From an uncultured delta proteobacterium (GTDB taxonomy: Bacteria > Myxococcota > B64-G9), in contig CAVWHX010000004.1 in the NCBI GenBank assembly GCA_963754925.1, positions 896,001 to 960,000 on the forward strand: DNA of 64,000 nt, given 5' to 3'. The notes below the pieces were generated by a model. The model was not told where the DNA came from and made no database searches. It saw only the letters and a list, made by a program, of their open reading frames with translations. The position numbers and the translations under genes are program-made. Shown here piece after piece: positions 10,201 through 19,965 of the stretch (position 1 is the first letter of the stretch; every line of letters starts with the position of its first letter).

Positions 10201-11078
10201 ACTTGTTGGGCAAGGCCCAATCCGGGCAGATCGCTGCGGTTGGCTTCGAACTGTACAACCGCCTGTTGGAGCGCGCGGTAATGGAGGTGCGCGGCCAGAA
10301 GGACAACCGTCAGAGCGATCCCGAGATCCAATTACCGGTTGCTGGTTACCTCCCGGAGGACTATGTACCCGACCAAGATCAACGGTTGGATCTGTACTCC
10401 CGCCTCAGTCGCGCTGCATCAGAGGCCGAGGTTTTCGAGATCGAGCGCGAGATGATCGATCGTTTCGGCGCTACTCCCGACGAGGTGGTAACCCTCTGCG
10501 AGCTCATGGCTCTCAAAACACAGCTGCGCCAGGCCGGCGTGGCTTCGCTCGACGCCCGCGAAGGCCGTCTGAATTTCACGTTTGCCCCAAACGCAACAAT
10601 CGATCCGAACAGCCTGGTGCGCTTGGCCACGCAGCAGAATGATCGTATGGCCGTTGATCCTACCGGCGCGGTGCATGTGAAGCTTCAACCCGAGGAACGC
10701 CGTAACCCGCTACCGGTTGCCCGAAGTTTCTTGGAGCACTTCTTAATCGTTCCAGTGGAAATCAGTGAAAAGAACTTAACAACCGCAACAGCCGCCGCCA
10801 CAACCTTCCGAATCTGCTTCATCGCACGACGATGCACAGGAGGCCTCGGCAAGCTCATCCTCGGTTGGTTCGCGAACGTCGCTTACCGTGACATCGAAGT
10901 GCAATCGCTCGCCGGCCAAGGGATGATTCATGTCAACGAGTACAACTTTTTCTTGGACCGACTTTACGCTTACGTGAACCACGCCGGTGGGAGTGGTGGC
11001 TTTGAACACCATCCCGGGTTCGATTTCAATGTCAGAGGGGAAATCAGATCGGGGCACTTCACGCATGAGATCGGATGA
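7275..11078 (+). CDS. mfd: Transcription-repair coupling factor Mfd (true end probably near 10779)
   Basis: UvrB-like N-terminus (FAVRGGVLD), RID domain (VVHVDFGIGRF), DRLLCGDVGFGKTEVA, DEEHRFGV, TATPIPRTL, QIRGRVGR, DLELRGAGNLLG, TRCF domain. Confidence 0.96.
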   Translation: MLQALSRHRRVLVRGCSRNARPWFFAHLATTSGPPWLWVLPDERSAETALEAVLFYLSQAEPVPADPFVARPLLFPLHQDRLYEDLSPDRQALFERMAVLFRLCQHAPPPLLITSVPALLRLTLPRQSLDSASLLVMAGQLLNRTEFTRALVRAGYLNVPLVEDPGTFAVRGGVLDVFGPQLPNPIRIELLGDEVESIRTFDPSTQLTKTRIESAFIGPVREILQDEEHTQRAVQSINALAAQLDVPSHRLLEHRRALKEGVRYFGIEALLPAFYPALASLFDYLPHDTRLIVDNPGEIFAAVEQIWERARGAYREALEVGLLAFAPDRLMLNVETMRERLESYQQVVVGPVEHEGDSRSPGEILLSSDDVVGLRSRIQSAGAADDPVEPLVDLLRTWRRADLRPFLVAARSGRARQLLQMLQARKVAVRIEDKPFELAWLEQHTPALAARIVSGELPGGFICTSAGIALLPDSEIFGPIHERDALRRTPRQMPNVKPGELVVHVDFGIGRFDGLVRMPVVGSEADFLLLSYRGGDRLYLPVTRMNLIERYQGPEGVIPPLSKLGGSAWQTTKQRIHQALLEIADELVRMDAIRRARPGLAALAPEESYRELETSFPFDETDDQQRAIQEVLADVQQPRVMDRLLCGDVGFGKTEVAVRAAFLNTLSGRQTVVLVPTTVLALQHLNTFRSRLEPHGVRVEMISRLVSARTQKAIVAQLATGQVDVLIGTHRLLRGDLGFRQLGLLVIDEEHRFGVVHKEKLKRLKEDVDVLTMTATPIPRTLQMALSGLRDISVIQTPPPGRRSIRTFITRFSTRVIGDAIRQELARGGQVFFLHNWVRSLPAMQRYLNRIVPEARTGIAHGQMSKHQLERVMTDFVRHTIDVLVCTSIIESGLDIPTANTILVNRADHFGLAQLYQIRGRVGRSADRAYAYFLIPGLDAITRDARRRLEILMDASELGAGYRIASHDLELRGAGNLLGKAQSGQIAAVGFELYNRLLERAVMEVRGQKDNRQSDPEIQLPVAGYLPEDYVPDQDQRLDLYSRLSRAASEAEVFEIEREMIDRFGATPDEVVTLCELMALKTQLRQAGVASLDAREGRLNFTFAPNATIDPNSLVRLATQQNDRMAVDPTGAVHVKLQPEERRNPLPVARSFLEHFLIVPVEISEKNLTTATAAATTFRICFIARRCTGGLGKLILGWFANVAYRDIEVQSLAGQGMIHVNEYNFFLDRLYAYVNHAGGSGGFEHHPGFDFNVRGEIRSGHFTHEIG

Positions 11079-11291
11079 GGGATACCCGTAGCCATCCTCC
11101 GGCTCGACATCGATGCGATTGCTTTGACCTGGTTCCATTCCGTCAAGCCCTTTTTCCAAACCGGGTATCATTTGCCCGGAATTGAATATAAATCCCAGCG
11201 GCTTGCCAGGATCAGAGCGATCGACAACCTCGCCCGAGTCGAGTGAAAGGGTGTACTCAATAGAGACAAATTTATTTGGTTGGACTTTCAT
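10776..11291 (-). CDS. slyD: FKBP-type peptidyl-prolyl isomerase SlyD
   Basis: IEYTL, MIPGLEKGL, EPEDGYG, VDMNHPLAGERLHF; Cys-rich tail; GGAGGA RBS. Confidence 0.92.
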   Translation of the reverse strand: MKVQPNKFVSIEYTLSLDSGEVVDRSDPGKPLGFIFNSGQMIPGLEKGLDGMEPGQSNRIDVEPEDGYGYPSSDLMREVPRSDFPSDIEIEPGMVFKATTPTGVVHVSVKSVQEKVVLVDMNHPLAGERLHFDVTVSDVREPTEDELAEASCASSCDEADSEGCGGGCCGC

Positions 11292-11459
11292 GCACCCTTC
11301 CTCCAGGAAATCCCTGAGGAAGATACGCACCATGCGAGGCTTCAATCCGGGATTCGCCAGTAGTTACTTAATTTTTTACCACGCAGGAGGATTGGTGTCA
11401 ATTCCGACACTCTTGAACTACATGAAAGAATAAAAGGATCTCTTGTATCCGGTTAACTC

Positions 11460-11487
11460 TTGACATACCAATTATATTGCTTAGGTT
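11460..11487 (+). promoter_or_regulatory. Candidate sigma70 promoter of the nifU operon
   Basis: TTGACA-N16-TAGGTT in an AT-rich intergenic region. Confidence 0.4.
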
Positions 11488-11565
11488 GATGTAGTATGGT
11501 GGCGGGATAGGTTTGTCCATGATCTGTTGTTCCAGAAGTCGAGCGGTCGGCTTGAGGAGAACGCG

Positions 11566-12432
11566 ATGTGGGATTATACCGAAAAAGTGATGGATCACTT
11601 CCGAAACCCTCGCAATGTCGGTTTCATAGAGAACCCCGACGGCGTGGGCGAGGTTGGATCGTTGGCGTGCGGCGACGCGCTGCGTTTAATGTTTAAACTC
11701 GATAAGGATGGGCACATCGAAGACGTAAAATTTCAGACGTTTGGATGCACCTCGGCCATTGCTTCGTCCTCGGTTCTGACAGAGCTCATCAAGGGCAAGA
11801 CACTCGAGGAGGCGGCCAAAGTTACCAACCAAGAAATCGCAGAGGCCTTAGGCGGTCTTCCCGAACAGAAAATGCACTGTTCGGTAATGGGCCGAGACGC
11901 CCTGCTGGCAGCCATCGACAACTACCGCAGCGGAACCGGCGAAGCCAAAAAGATCGACAGCCAGGTTGTCTGCGTCTGCTTTGGGGTCACGGCCAAGGAG
12001 ATCGAACGAGCGATACGAGAAAATCACCTCACGACGGTCGAGGAGGTCACTAACTACACCAAGGCCGGCGGCGGTTGCGGCGGGTGTCATCCTCAAATCG
12101 AAACCATCCTCGCCCAGGTCAACGGCGTCAAGCCCGCCGTTCGCACAGCCGAGGTAGTAAAACCAAAAAAGAAACTCACCACCATCCAGAAACTCCAGCT
12201 CATCCAAGAGACCCTCGATCGCGAGATTCGACCGTCGCTGCGCAAGGATGGCGGCGATATTGATCTCGTCGATATCGACGGCCATCTGGTGGTTGTCAAT
12301 CTGCTCGGCACGTGCTCGGGTTGCAAAATAGCCAATATTACCCTCAAAGACGTTGTCCAGGCCAAGCTGCGTGAGTTTGTATCCGATGATCTGGTAGTGG
12401 TGGAAAGCAGCTGCTCGGAGGACGCACCATGA
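11566..12432 (+). CDS. nifU: Fe-S cluster scaffold NifU
   Basis: MWDYTEKVMDHF, ACGD, TFGC, KMHCS, BFD-like CVCFG...GGCGGC, C-terminal Nfu domain GTCSGC. Confidence 0.95.
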   Translation: MWDYTEKVMDHFRNPRNVGFIENPDGVGEVGSLACGDALRLMFKLDKDGHIEDVKFQTFGCTSAIASSSVLTELIKGKTLEEAAKVTNQEIAEALGGLPEQKMHCSVMGRDALLAAIDNYRSGTGEAKKIDSQVVCVCFGVTAKEIERAIRENHLTTVEEVTNYTKAGGGCGGCHPQIETILAQVNGVKPAVRTAEVVKPKKKLTTIQKLQLIQETLDREIRPSLRKDGGDIDLVDIDGHLVVVNLLGTCSGCKIANITLKDVVQAKLREFVSDDLVVVESSCSEDAP

Positions 12433-13670
12433 AAGCCTATTTAGATAACAACGCCACCACCATGACGGCGCCCGAGGTGGTCGAGGCCATGCGGCCGTTT
12501 TGGTCCGAATTGTACGGCAATCCGTCAAGTATTCATATGTTCGGCGGACAGGTCAAGAAAGACATTGAACGCGCCCGGGAACGTGTGGCGCGTCTTCTGG
12601 GCGCCTCGCCCGACGAGATTGTTTTTACTGCAGGCGGTTCGGAGGGTGATAATATGGCCATCCGCGGCACGCTCGAGGCACTTGGTCCAGATAAAAAGCA
12701 CATCATAACGTCGCGCGTCGAGCACCCCGCGGTTCGCAGCCTTTTCTACCACCTCGAGAAGCGCGGTTACCATATCAGCGAGGTGCCGGTGGATTCAACG
12801 GGAGCGCTCGACTTGAACTTTTTAGAGAAGGCGCTCACCCCCGACACTGCCCTGGTCAGCATCATGTGGGCAAACAATGAGACCGGGGTGATTTTTCCGA
12901 TCGAGAAGATAGCCGAGCTCACCGCGGCGCGCGGGATTGTATTCCACACCGATGCCGTGCAAAGCGCCGGCAAAATCCCGATCGATATGCAGCGCGTGCC
13001 GGTCGACCTCCTGACCATCTCCGGCCATAAGTTACACGCCCCGAAGGGCATTGGTGCGCAGTTCGTGCGCAAAGGCACAAAGCTGGTACCGCTTATCATC
13101 GGCGGCCACCAGGAGGCCGGCAAACGCGCCGGCACCGAGAACGTCCCGGGCATTGTCGGTTTGGGTATGGCCGCCGAGCTTGCCTATACGCACATGGACG
13201 AAGAGAACGATCGGGTATTGAAGCTGCGCGACAAGCTCGAGCAGGGATTGTTGACGTGCTGCAAAGGCGCGCGCATCAACGGTCAGAACCGGCTGCCCAA
13301 TACCCTCAATATCAGCTTTGAATTCATTGAGGGCGAGTCGATCCTGATTATGCTCGACGACCTGGGTATCTCGGCTTCGTCCGGTTCAGCCTGCACGTCG
13401 GGCTCGCTCGAACCGTCCCACGTATTGCGCGCCATGGGTATCCCGTTTACCTCGGCGCACGGCTCGGTTCGTTTTTCTCTTTCCCGCTATACCACCGAAG
13501 CGGAAATCGATTATGTGCTTGAACACATGCCTGCTATCAGCGAACGGTTGCGGCAGATATCGCCGTTCGTCCCGGAGAACAGCTGCGGCCGCTCATGGAG
13601 CGGCAAATCTTTGCACGATCACGGGCACGAGCGTGACCCCGGCCACGCAGTGCAGGATCGTGGACGATAA
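12429..13670 (+). CDS. nifS: Cysteine desulfurase NifS
   Basis: YLDNNATT, HTDAVQ, SGHKLHAPKG, SSGSACTSGSLEPSHVL; ATGA overlap with nifU. Confidence 0.95.
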   Translation: MKAYLDNNATTMTAPEVVEAMRPFWSELYGNPSSIHMFGGQVKKDIERARERVARLLGASPDEIVFTAGGSEGDNMAIRGTLEALGPDKKHIITSRVEHPAVRSLFYHLEKRGYHISEVPVDSTGALDLNFLEKALTPDTALVSIMWANNETGVIFPIEKIAELTAARGIVFHTDAVQSAGKIPIDMQRVPVDLLTISGHKLHAPKGIGAQFVRKGTKLVPLIIGGHQEAGKRAGTENVPGIVGLGMAAELAYTHMDEENDRVLKLRDKLEQGLLTCCKGARINGQNRLPNTLNISFEFIEGESILIMLDDLGISASSGSACTSGSLEPSHVLRAMGIPFTSAHGSVRFSLSRYTTEAEIDYVLEHMPAISERLRQISPFVPENSCGRSWSGKSLHDHGHERDPGHAVQDRGR

Positions 13671-13721
13671 CCAACACTACCGATACGGTTATTTACCGAT
13701 ACGGTTATTTAAGGAGGACCC

Positions 13722-14297
13722 ATGAAAAGTCTCAAAGGCGCCAAGACCGCAAAGAATCTGCTGACTTCGTTTGCCGGCGAATCCCAGGCCCGCAACCGGT
13801 ATACCTACTTTGCCGGCCAAGCCCGGAAGGAAGGCCTGATGCAGATCGCCGACATCTTCGAGGAAACCGCCAATCAGGAAAAGGAGCACGCCAAGCGTTT
13901 CTTTACTTTCCTGGAAGGCGGCGAGCTGGAGATAGCCGCGGCCTTCCCGGCAGGCGTCATCGGCGGTACCGCCGAGAACCTCAAAGCCGCAGCCGCCGGG
14001 GAGCACTACGAGCACACCTCCATGTACCCGGGCTTTGCCAAGGTAGCGCGTGAGGAGGGATTCGAGGCTATCGCCATGGTGTGGGAGGCGGTCAGTGTCG
14101 CCGAGAGACAACACGAGAAACGATACAACGACCTGCGTGCAAATATCGAAGCAGGCCGGGTGTTCAAGCGCGAAAAATCGGAGAAGTGGCGTTGCCGCAA
14201 CTGCGGCTATGTGTACGAAGGCAAGGATGCCCCCAAAGCATGTCCGGCCTGCGCCCATCCCCAGGCATATTTCGAGTTGCTCGGGGAGAACTGGTAA
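13722..14297 (+). CDS. rbr: Rubrerythrin
   Basis: AGESQARNRY, QEKEHAK, GEHYE, ERQHE, rubredoxin-like CRNCGY...CPAC. Confidence 0.95.
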   Translation: MKSLKGAKTAKNLLTSFAGESQARNRYTYFAGQARKEGLMQIADIFEETANQEKEHAKRFFTFLEGGELEIAAAFPAGVIGGTAENLKAAAAGEHYEHTSMYPGFAKVAREEGFEAIAMVWEAVSVAERQHEKRYNDLRANIEAGRVFKREKSEKWRCRNCGYVYEGKDAPKACPACAHPQAYFELLGENW

Positions 14298-14413
14298 TTT
14301 TTGTGCGCTGGGTCCTGCAGCCAAGCCGCACATCACCTCGCATCCCCCGGCGGTGCTCACTGCGTTCCGCGCCGGCGTGGGGCCCCCTGCTCGGTGTCAC
14401 CCAGCACAGAAAA
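14298..14413. repeat. REP/MITE-like palindromic element between rbr and ferritin
   Basis: Imperfect terminal inverted repeats (TTTTGTGCGCTGGGT / ACCCAGCACAGAAAA). Internal hairpin CCGGCG...CGCCGG around CTCACTGCGTTCCG, whose reverse complement resembles the CGAACGAAGTGAG core at 920. Confidence 0.5.
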
Positions 14414-14424
14414 GGAAGACATTT

Positions 14425-14955
14425 ATGATCGGCAAAAAAACAAAACAATTGATGAATGAACAAATCAAACACGAGGTCGAATCGGCGTATTTGTATTGGT
14501 CGATGGAGGCCTATTTTAGGGCCCAAAATCTCGACGGCATGGCTACCTGGATGCGGGTGCAAACCCAGGAGGAGCTTGTCCATGCGATGAAGTTTTTCGA
14601 GCATTTGAGCGATCGGGGCGTTCAGGTCGAGCTGCTGCCGCTCGCAATCCACAAAATTAACTGGAAATCGCCGCTCGAAGCCTTCAAAGACGCTTATAAG
14701 CACGAGCAATTCATTACCTCCAAGATCAACAACCTCATGAAGACCGCCCGCGATGAAAACGATCATGCTTCAGCGGTGTTGACCCAGTGGTTTGTCAACG
14801 AGCAGGTCGAGGAAGAGGCTAACGCATCCAAGATTGCCCAGACGCTCGAACGCGCCGGCGATTCAGGCAGCGCCTTGATTCTTATCGACCGCGAGCTCGG
14901 CACCCGCGTCTTCACCATGCCGGGCGCCGCGGATCCCGGCGCCGCAGGCGCGTAA
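14425..14955 (+). CDS. ftn: Non-heme ferritin
   Basis: MNEQIKHEVESAYLY, QEELVHAMK, HEQFIT, QWFVNEQVEEE. Confidence 0.93.
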   Translation: MIGKKTKQLMNEQIKHEVESAYLYWSMEAYFRAQNLDGMATWMRVQTQEELVHAMKFFEHLSDRGVQVELLPLAIHKINWKSPLEAFKDAYKHEQFITSKINNLMKTARDENDHASAVLTQWFVNEQVEEEANASKIAQTLERAGDSGSALILIDRELGTRVFTMPGAADPGAAGA

Positions 14956-14984
14956 GCCTGCATCAGGAGATTATCGAGCAGAAC

Positions 14985-15188
14985 ATGTCTACGCGAACCG
15001 TCACCATACCCACCATCAGCTGCAAGCACTGCATAAACACCATCCAGCAGGAACTGGGCGAGGTCGAAGGCATAGTGCAGGTAACCTGCGATTTACCGGC
15101 AAAGTCATGTACCATCCAGTGGCAACCGCCGGCGAGCTGGGAGTCAATTGCGGCCCTCCTCGCCGAGATCGGCTACGAACCCCGGTAA
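14985..15188 (+). CDS. copZ: Copper chaperone (HMA domain)
   Basis: 67 aa with ISCKHC motif, directly upstream of the P1B ATPase. Confidence 0.85.
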   Translation: MSTRTVTIPTISCKHCINTIQQELGEVEGIVQVTCDLPAKSCTIQWQPPASWESIAALLAEIGYEPR

Positions 15189-15194
15189 TGGAAC

Positions 15195-17423
<2,229 letters not shown>

Positions 17424-17453
17424 TGGCGTCCGACGCGCGCCCTGCCAAAAAAC

Positions 17454-18011
17454 TCACAACGCATTCGCCCAGGCTTTTTTCTTCTCGACCAATTGATTGA
17501 GTTCCCGTGCGACAACGGAGGCTTTTTCTTGGCCAATTTCGCGGAGCTGGACAACGCACCGGGTGAGGCATTCACACTCATCACGGTGCTGCTGTTTAAG
17601 TGAGTTGACCATAGCGGTGTAGGTATCGAAGAATTCTTGGAACTCATCTCGCTTACGCAACTGCCGGTCGGGAGGGACGAGATTATCGGCAATCTGTCGG
17701 AGGAAGCGCGAGACGATGAATATTGGACCAGCCACCCGATGGGTAATGACAATACCCCAGATAAAAAGCACCAATGCCATCAATACCACAAACCCTACGA
17801 AGTAAAAAATCACCGCGGTGTCAAACATAGACACCTTATCTTGCATCTCCGGGTCGAGCATGAGGATCTTGGTGTTCTCCAAGGTCAGCCGATAAATGAA
17901 GTACCCGAGCAGCGTCGAGACCGCCACACCCACGAACACAATTATGAAGGTGTATTTGAGTTGAAACCGGCGATCGACGAGGAACGTGCGGCGGCGAGAT
18001 AACATACCCAT
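17454..18011 (-). CDS. Two-TM membrane protein with HAMP-like region
   Basis: RR..LVDRRFQLKY N-terminus, two hydrophobic helices, THRVAGP, LRKRDEF. Confidence 0.7.
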   Translation of the reverse strand: MGMLSRRRTFLVDRRFQLKYTFIIVFVGVAVSTLLGYFIYRLTLENTKILMLDPEMQDKVSMFDTAVIFYFVGFVVLMALVLFIWGIVITHRVAGPIFIVSRFLRQIADNLVPPDRQLRKRDEFQEFFDTYTAMVNSLKQQHRDECECLTRCVVQLREIGQEKASVVARELNQLVEKKKAWANAL

Positions 18012-18174
18012 GATTCACCCCTTGGGTATACATGGTGAGAGGATGCCCTGAAATCAGGGGAATTGTAAGATGCACCAACGGAAAAGATCAAGGTCTTTAA
18101 GGAGAGTCGAAGCGGTGCTTGAATTTGATTGGTCGATAATCCGAGGAACTGACTACCTGCTTGCCATGACCGCG

Positions 18175-18681
18175 TTAGCGCGCTTGAGGAGTAGGAGAAG
18201 CTTTCGGCGCCGGTCCCGGGGTTGGTGCCGGTCCCGCTGGCGGCTGCATTTCGTCTCCATGCCACCCAGGAAAATGTCGACCCTTGGCATGCTCCTCGGC
18301 CCAGATCGTTTCAATCTTCTCCCATTGCTCCGGCGTCATGAGTTTGCGCACCTCGATCATCAGACCGATCCGATTTTTCTTGAGACGGATCTCAAGGCCG
18401 CCGATCTTTTCAATCTGGGCGAAGACCGCCGCTTGGTTCGGCTTATCAACTGACAATAACTGCTGTATATCGATATGAGCCTTGTCGAGATCGGCGCGGA
18501 TGTCGACTTGCTCGCGATCGGCTTTAAACCGGAGCTCCTGAACTTTTTCAATTTGCTGTTCACTCAAGCCGATGTCACGCATAATTTTTTTTGCCGCCAT
18601 CGGTGGTGGGTTAGCGAAGGCCAAAACCGGTAGTAAGAAGATCCCCAGAACGGTCACACTAACCACGCGTTTCATATGCAT
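18175..18681 (-). CDS. Spy/CpxP/ZraP-family periplasmic protein
   Basis: Signal peptide; GLSEQQ and LMTPEQ (LTxxQ-like) motifs; Pro-rich tail. Confidence 0.8.
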   Translation of the reverse strand: MHMKRVVSVTVLGIFLLPVLAFANPPPMAAKKIMRDIGLSEQQIEKVQELRFKADREQVDIRADLDKAHIDIQQLLSVDKPNQAAVFAQIEKIGGLEIRLKKNRIGLMIEVRKLMTPEQWEKIETIWAEEHAKGRHFPGWHGDEMQPPAGPAPTPGPAPKASPTPQAR

Positions 18682-18756
18682 TCCTCCTCTCGGTCGAAAT
18701 CCCGAACAACAGATTGCTGGGCACCGACTTGCTGCACGGCCTACACCCCTGCGCGC

Positions 18757-19305
18757 TTACAACGACCGGTCAGAAAACCATTCATTGAGCGAGTTGTAGG
18801 CTCCGGGCAGCATTACTCCAAGATCGCTATCATCGGGGACCGCTGTCGCCGCGCTTGAGTTGCTTAGTACTTGCAATGCTTGGACTGGGTAATTTGCGAC
18901 GACCTCAGATGATGACGTATACATGCTATTCACCTCATCGAGGAGCGCCAGCAAATGTGTGGCAGAAAGCTCAGCATCCTCTTCGCTCGGAGCCTTCGGA
19001 GCCCACACCCACAAACCAACCAATCCAACAAACACGGCAATCACCGCTGCATAACTCACACGCAGCATTCGCCGGGCATGACGCTGCCTGGTATGGATAT
19101 GCTCATTAAACGAACGCCGTAGATTTTCTACCTCGTCCGCCAGCGGTGCTTCGTGAGCCCGCATCTGCTCGACGGTGCTCGTTAATCGAATCAACGATTC
19201 TTTGAAGCCACGACATTCCGGACAGGTTTCTTGGTGCGCCTGTTCTTGATCGCTCAACGCCTCTTCGGCCACGAGCTTGGCCGCGATTTGATCACACAGC
19301 AGCAT
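18757..19305 (-). CDS. Zinc-finger (ZAS-type) membrane anti-sigma factor
   Basis: HQETCPEC (HxxxCxxC), one TM helix, overlaps the stop of the ECF sigma gene. Confidence 0.75.
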   Translation of the reverse strand: MLLCDQIAAKLVAEEALSDQEQAHQETCPECRGFKESLIRLTSTVEQMRAHEAPLADEVENLRRSFNEHIHTRQRHARRMLRVSYAAVIAVFVGLVGLWVWAPKAPSEEDAELSATHLLALLDEVNSMYTSSSEVVANYPVQALQVLSNSSAATAVPDDSDLGVMLPGAYNSLNEWFSDRSL

Positions 19306-19885
19306 CGAATTCCTCCTGCGCAGGCCAATCTTTACGGAGCTGCCGTATCGCGCGTATCAGATGGGTCTTGACCGTGCCCGGCGCAATTCCCAGCTCGATG
19401 CTTATCTCCTCCACGGAATGATCCTCAACATACCGCAATGCCACCGCCATCTGTTGTCGGGCTGGCAAACGCGCCAACGCCCGCTGCAACGCCTGCACCC
19501 TCTTGTTGCGCTCCGCCTGCTGGTCAGGGCGAGACGCAAGATTCTCCTCCCGGCTTATCGGATATCGCTGATTGATACCCAACCACATGGCGACACTCTT
19601 CCATCGTCGTCGACGTCTGAGGCGCTTCATGCCTTCGTTGACGGTGATACGCCAAATCCAGCTTTTCAGGCTGCTATCACCTCGAAAACCCTCGAGACTC
19701 CGGTACGCTTTCCAGAGTGCATCCTGCACCAGGTCGCGCGCCTCATCGGGATCTCTCAGCAACCGTCGAGCAAGCCTCAGAAGCGCACCAGATTCAGCCA
19801 CAACAAATTTTTCAAAATCGCGCTCGCGTTGGTCGCGGTCGAGCGCCGCGCTGCTGCCTGGTACCGTGATGACCTCGCCGTCCAC
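19292..19885 (-). CDS. ECF RNA polymerase sigma factor
   Basis: ARDLVQDAL, FRGDSSLKSWIWRI, region 4 LP..Q..AVALRY..EEIS...GTVKTHL.RA. GTG start after GGGAGG is likely; the ORF extends to 19969. Confidence 0.92.
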   Translation of the reverse strand: MDGEVITVPGSSAALDRDQRERDFEKFVVAESGALLRLARRLLRDPDEARDLVQDALWKAYRSLEGFRGDSSLKSWIWRITVNEGMKRLRRRRRWKSVAMWLGINQRYPISREENLASRPDQQAERNKRVQALQRALARLPARQQMAVALRYVEDHSVEEISIELGIAPGTVKTHLIRAIRQLRKDWPAQEEFDAAV

Positions 19886-19965
19886 CGCTTCCTCCCGAGT
19901 CTCACCTTTATTAGACCCCCGGGGGGTTCGTTGGGTATACAGGCGGTTTTCGTGTGAAGGCATCA

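Noticed and set aside
11566..13670. Nitrogen fixation cluster
   Set aside because: Only nifU and nifS are present, and they commonly serve housekeeping Fe-S assembly in anaerobes.
14050..14424. 301-aa ferritin with a long N-terminus
   Set aside because: The extension overlaps rbr and a palindromic repeat; ferritin homology starts at 14425.
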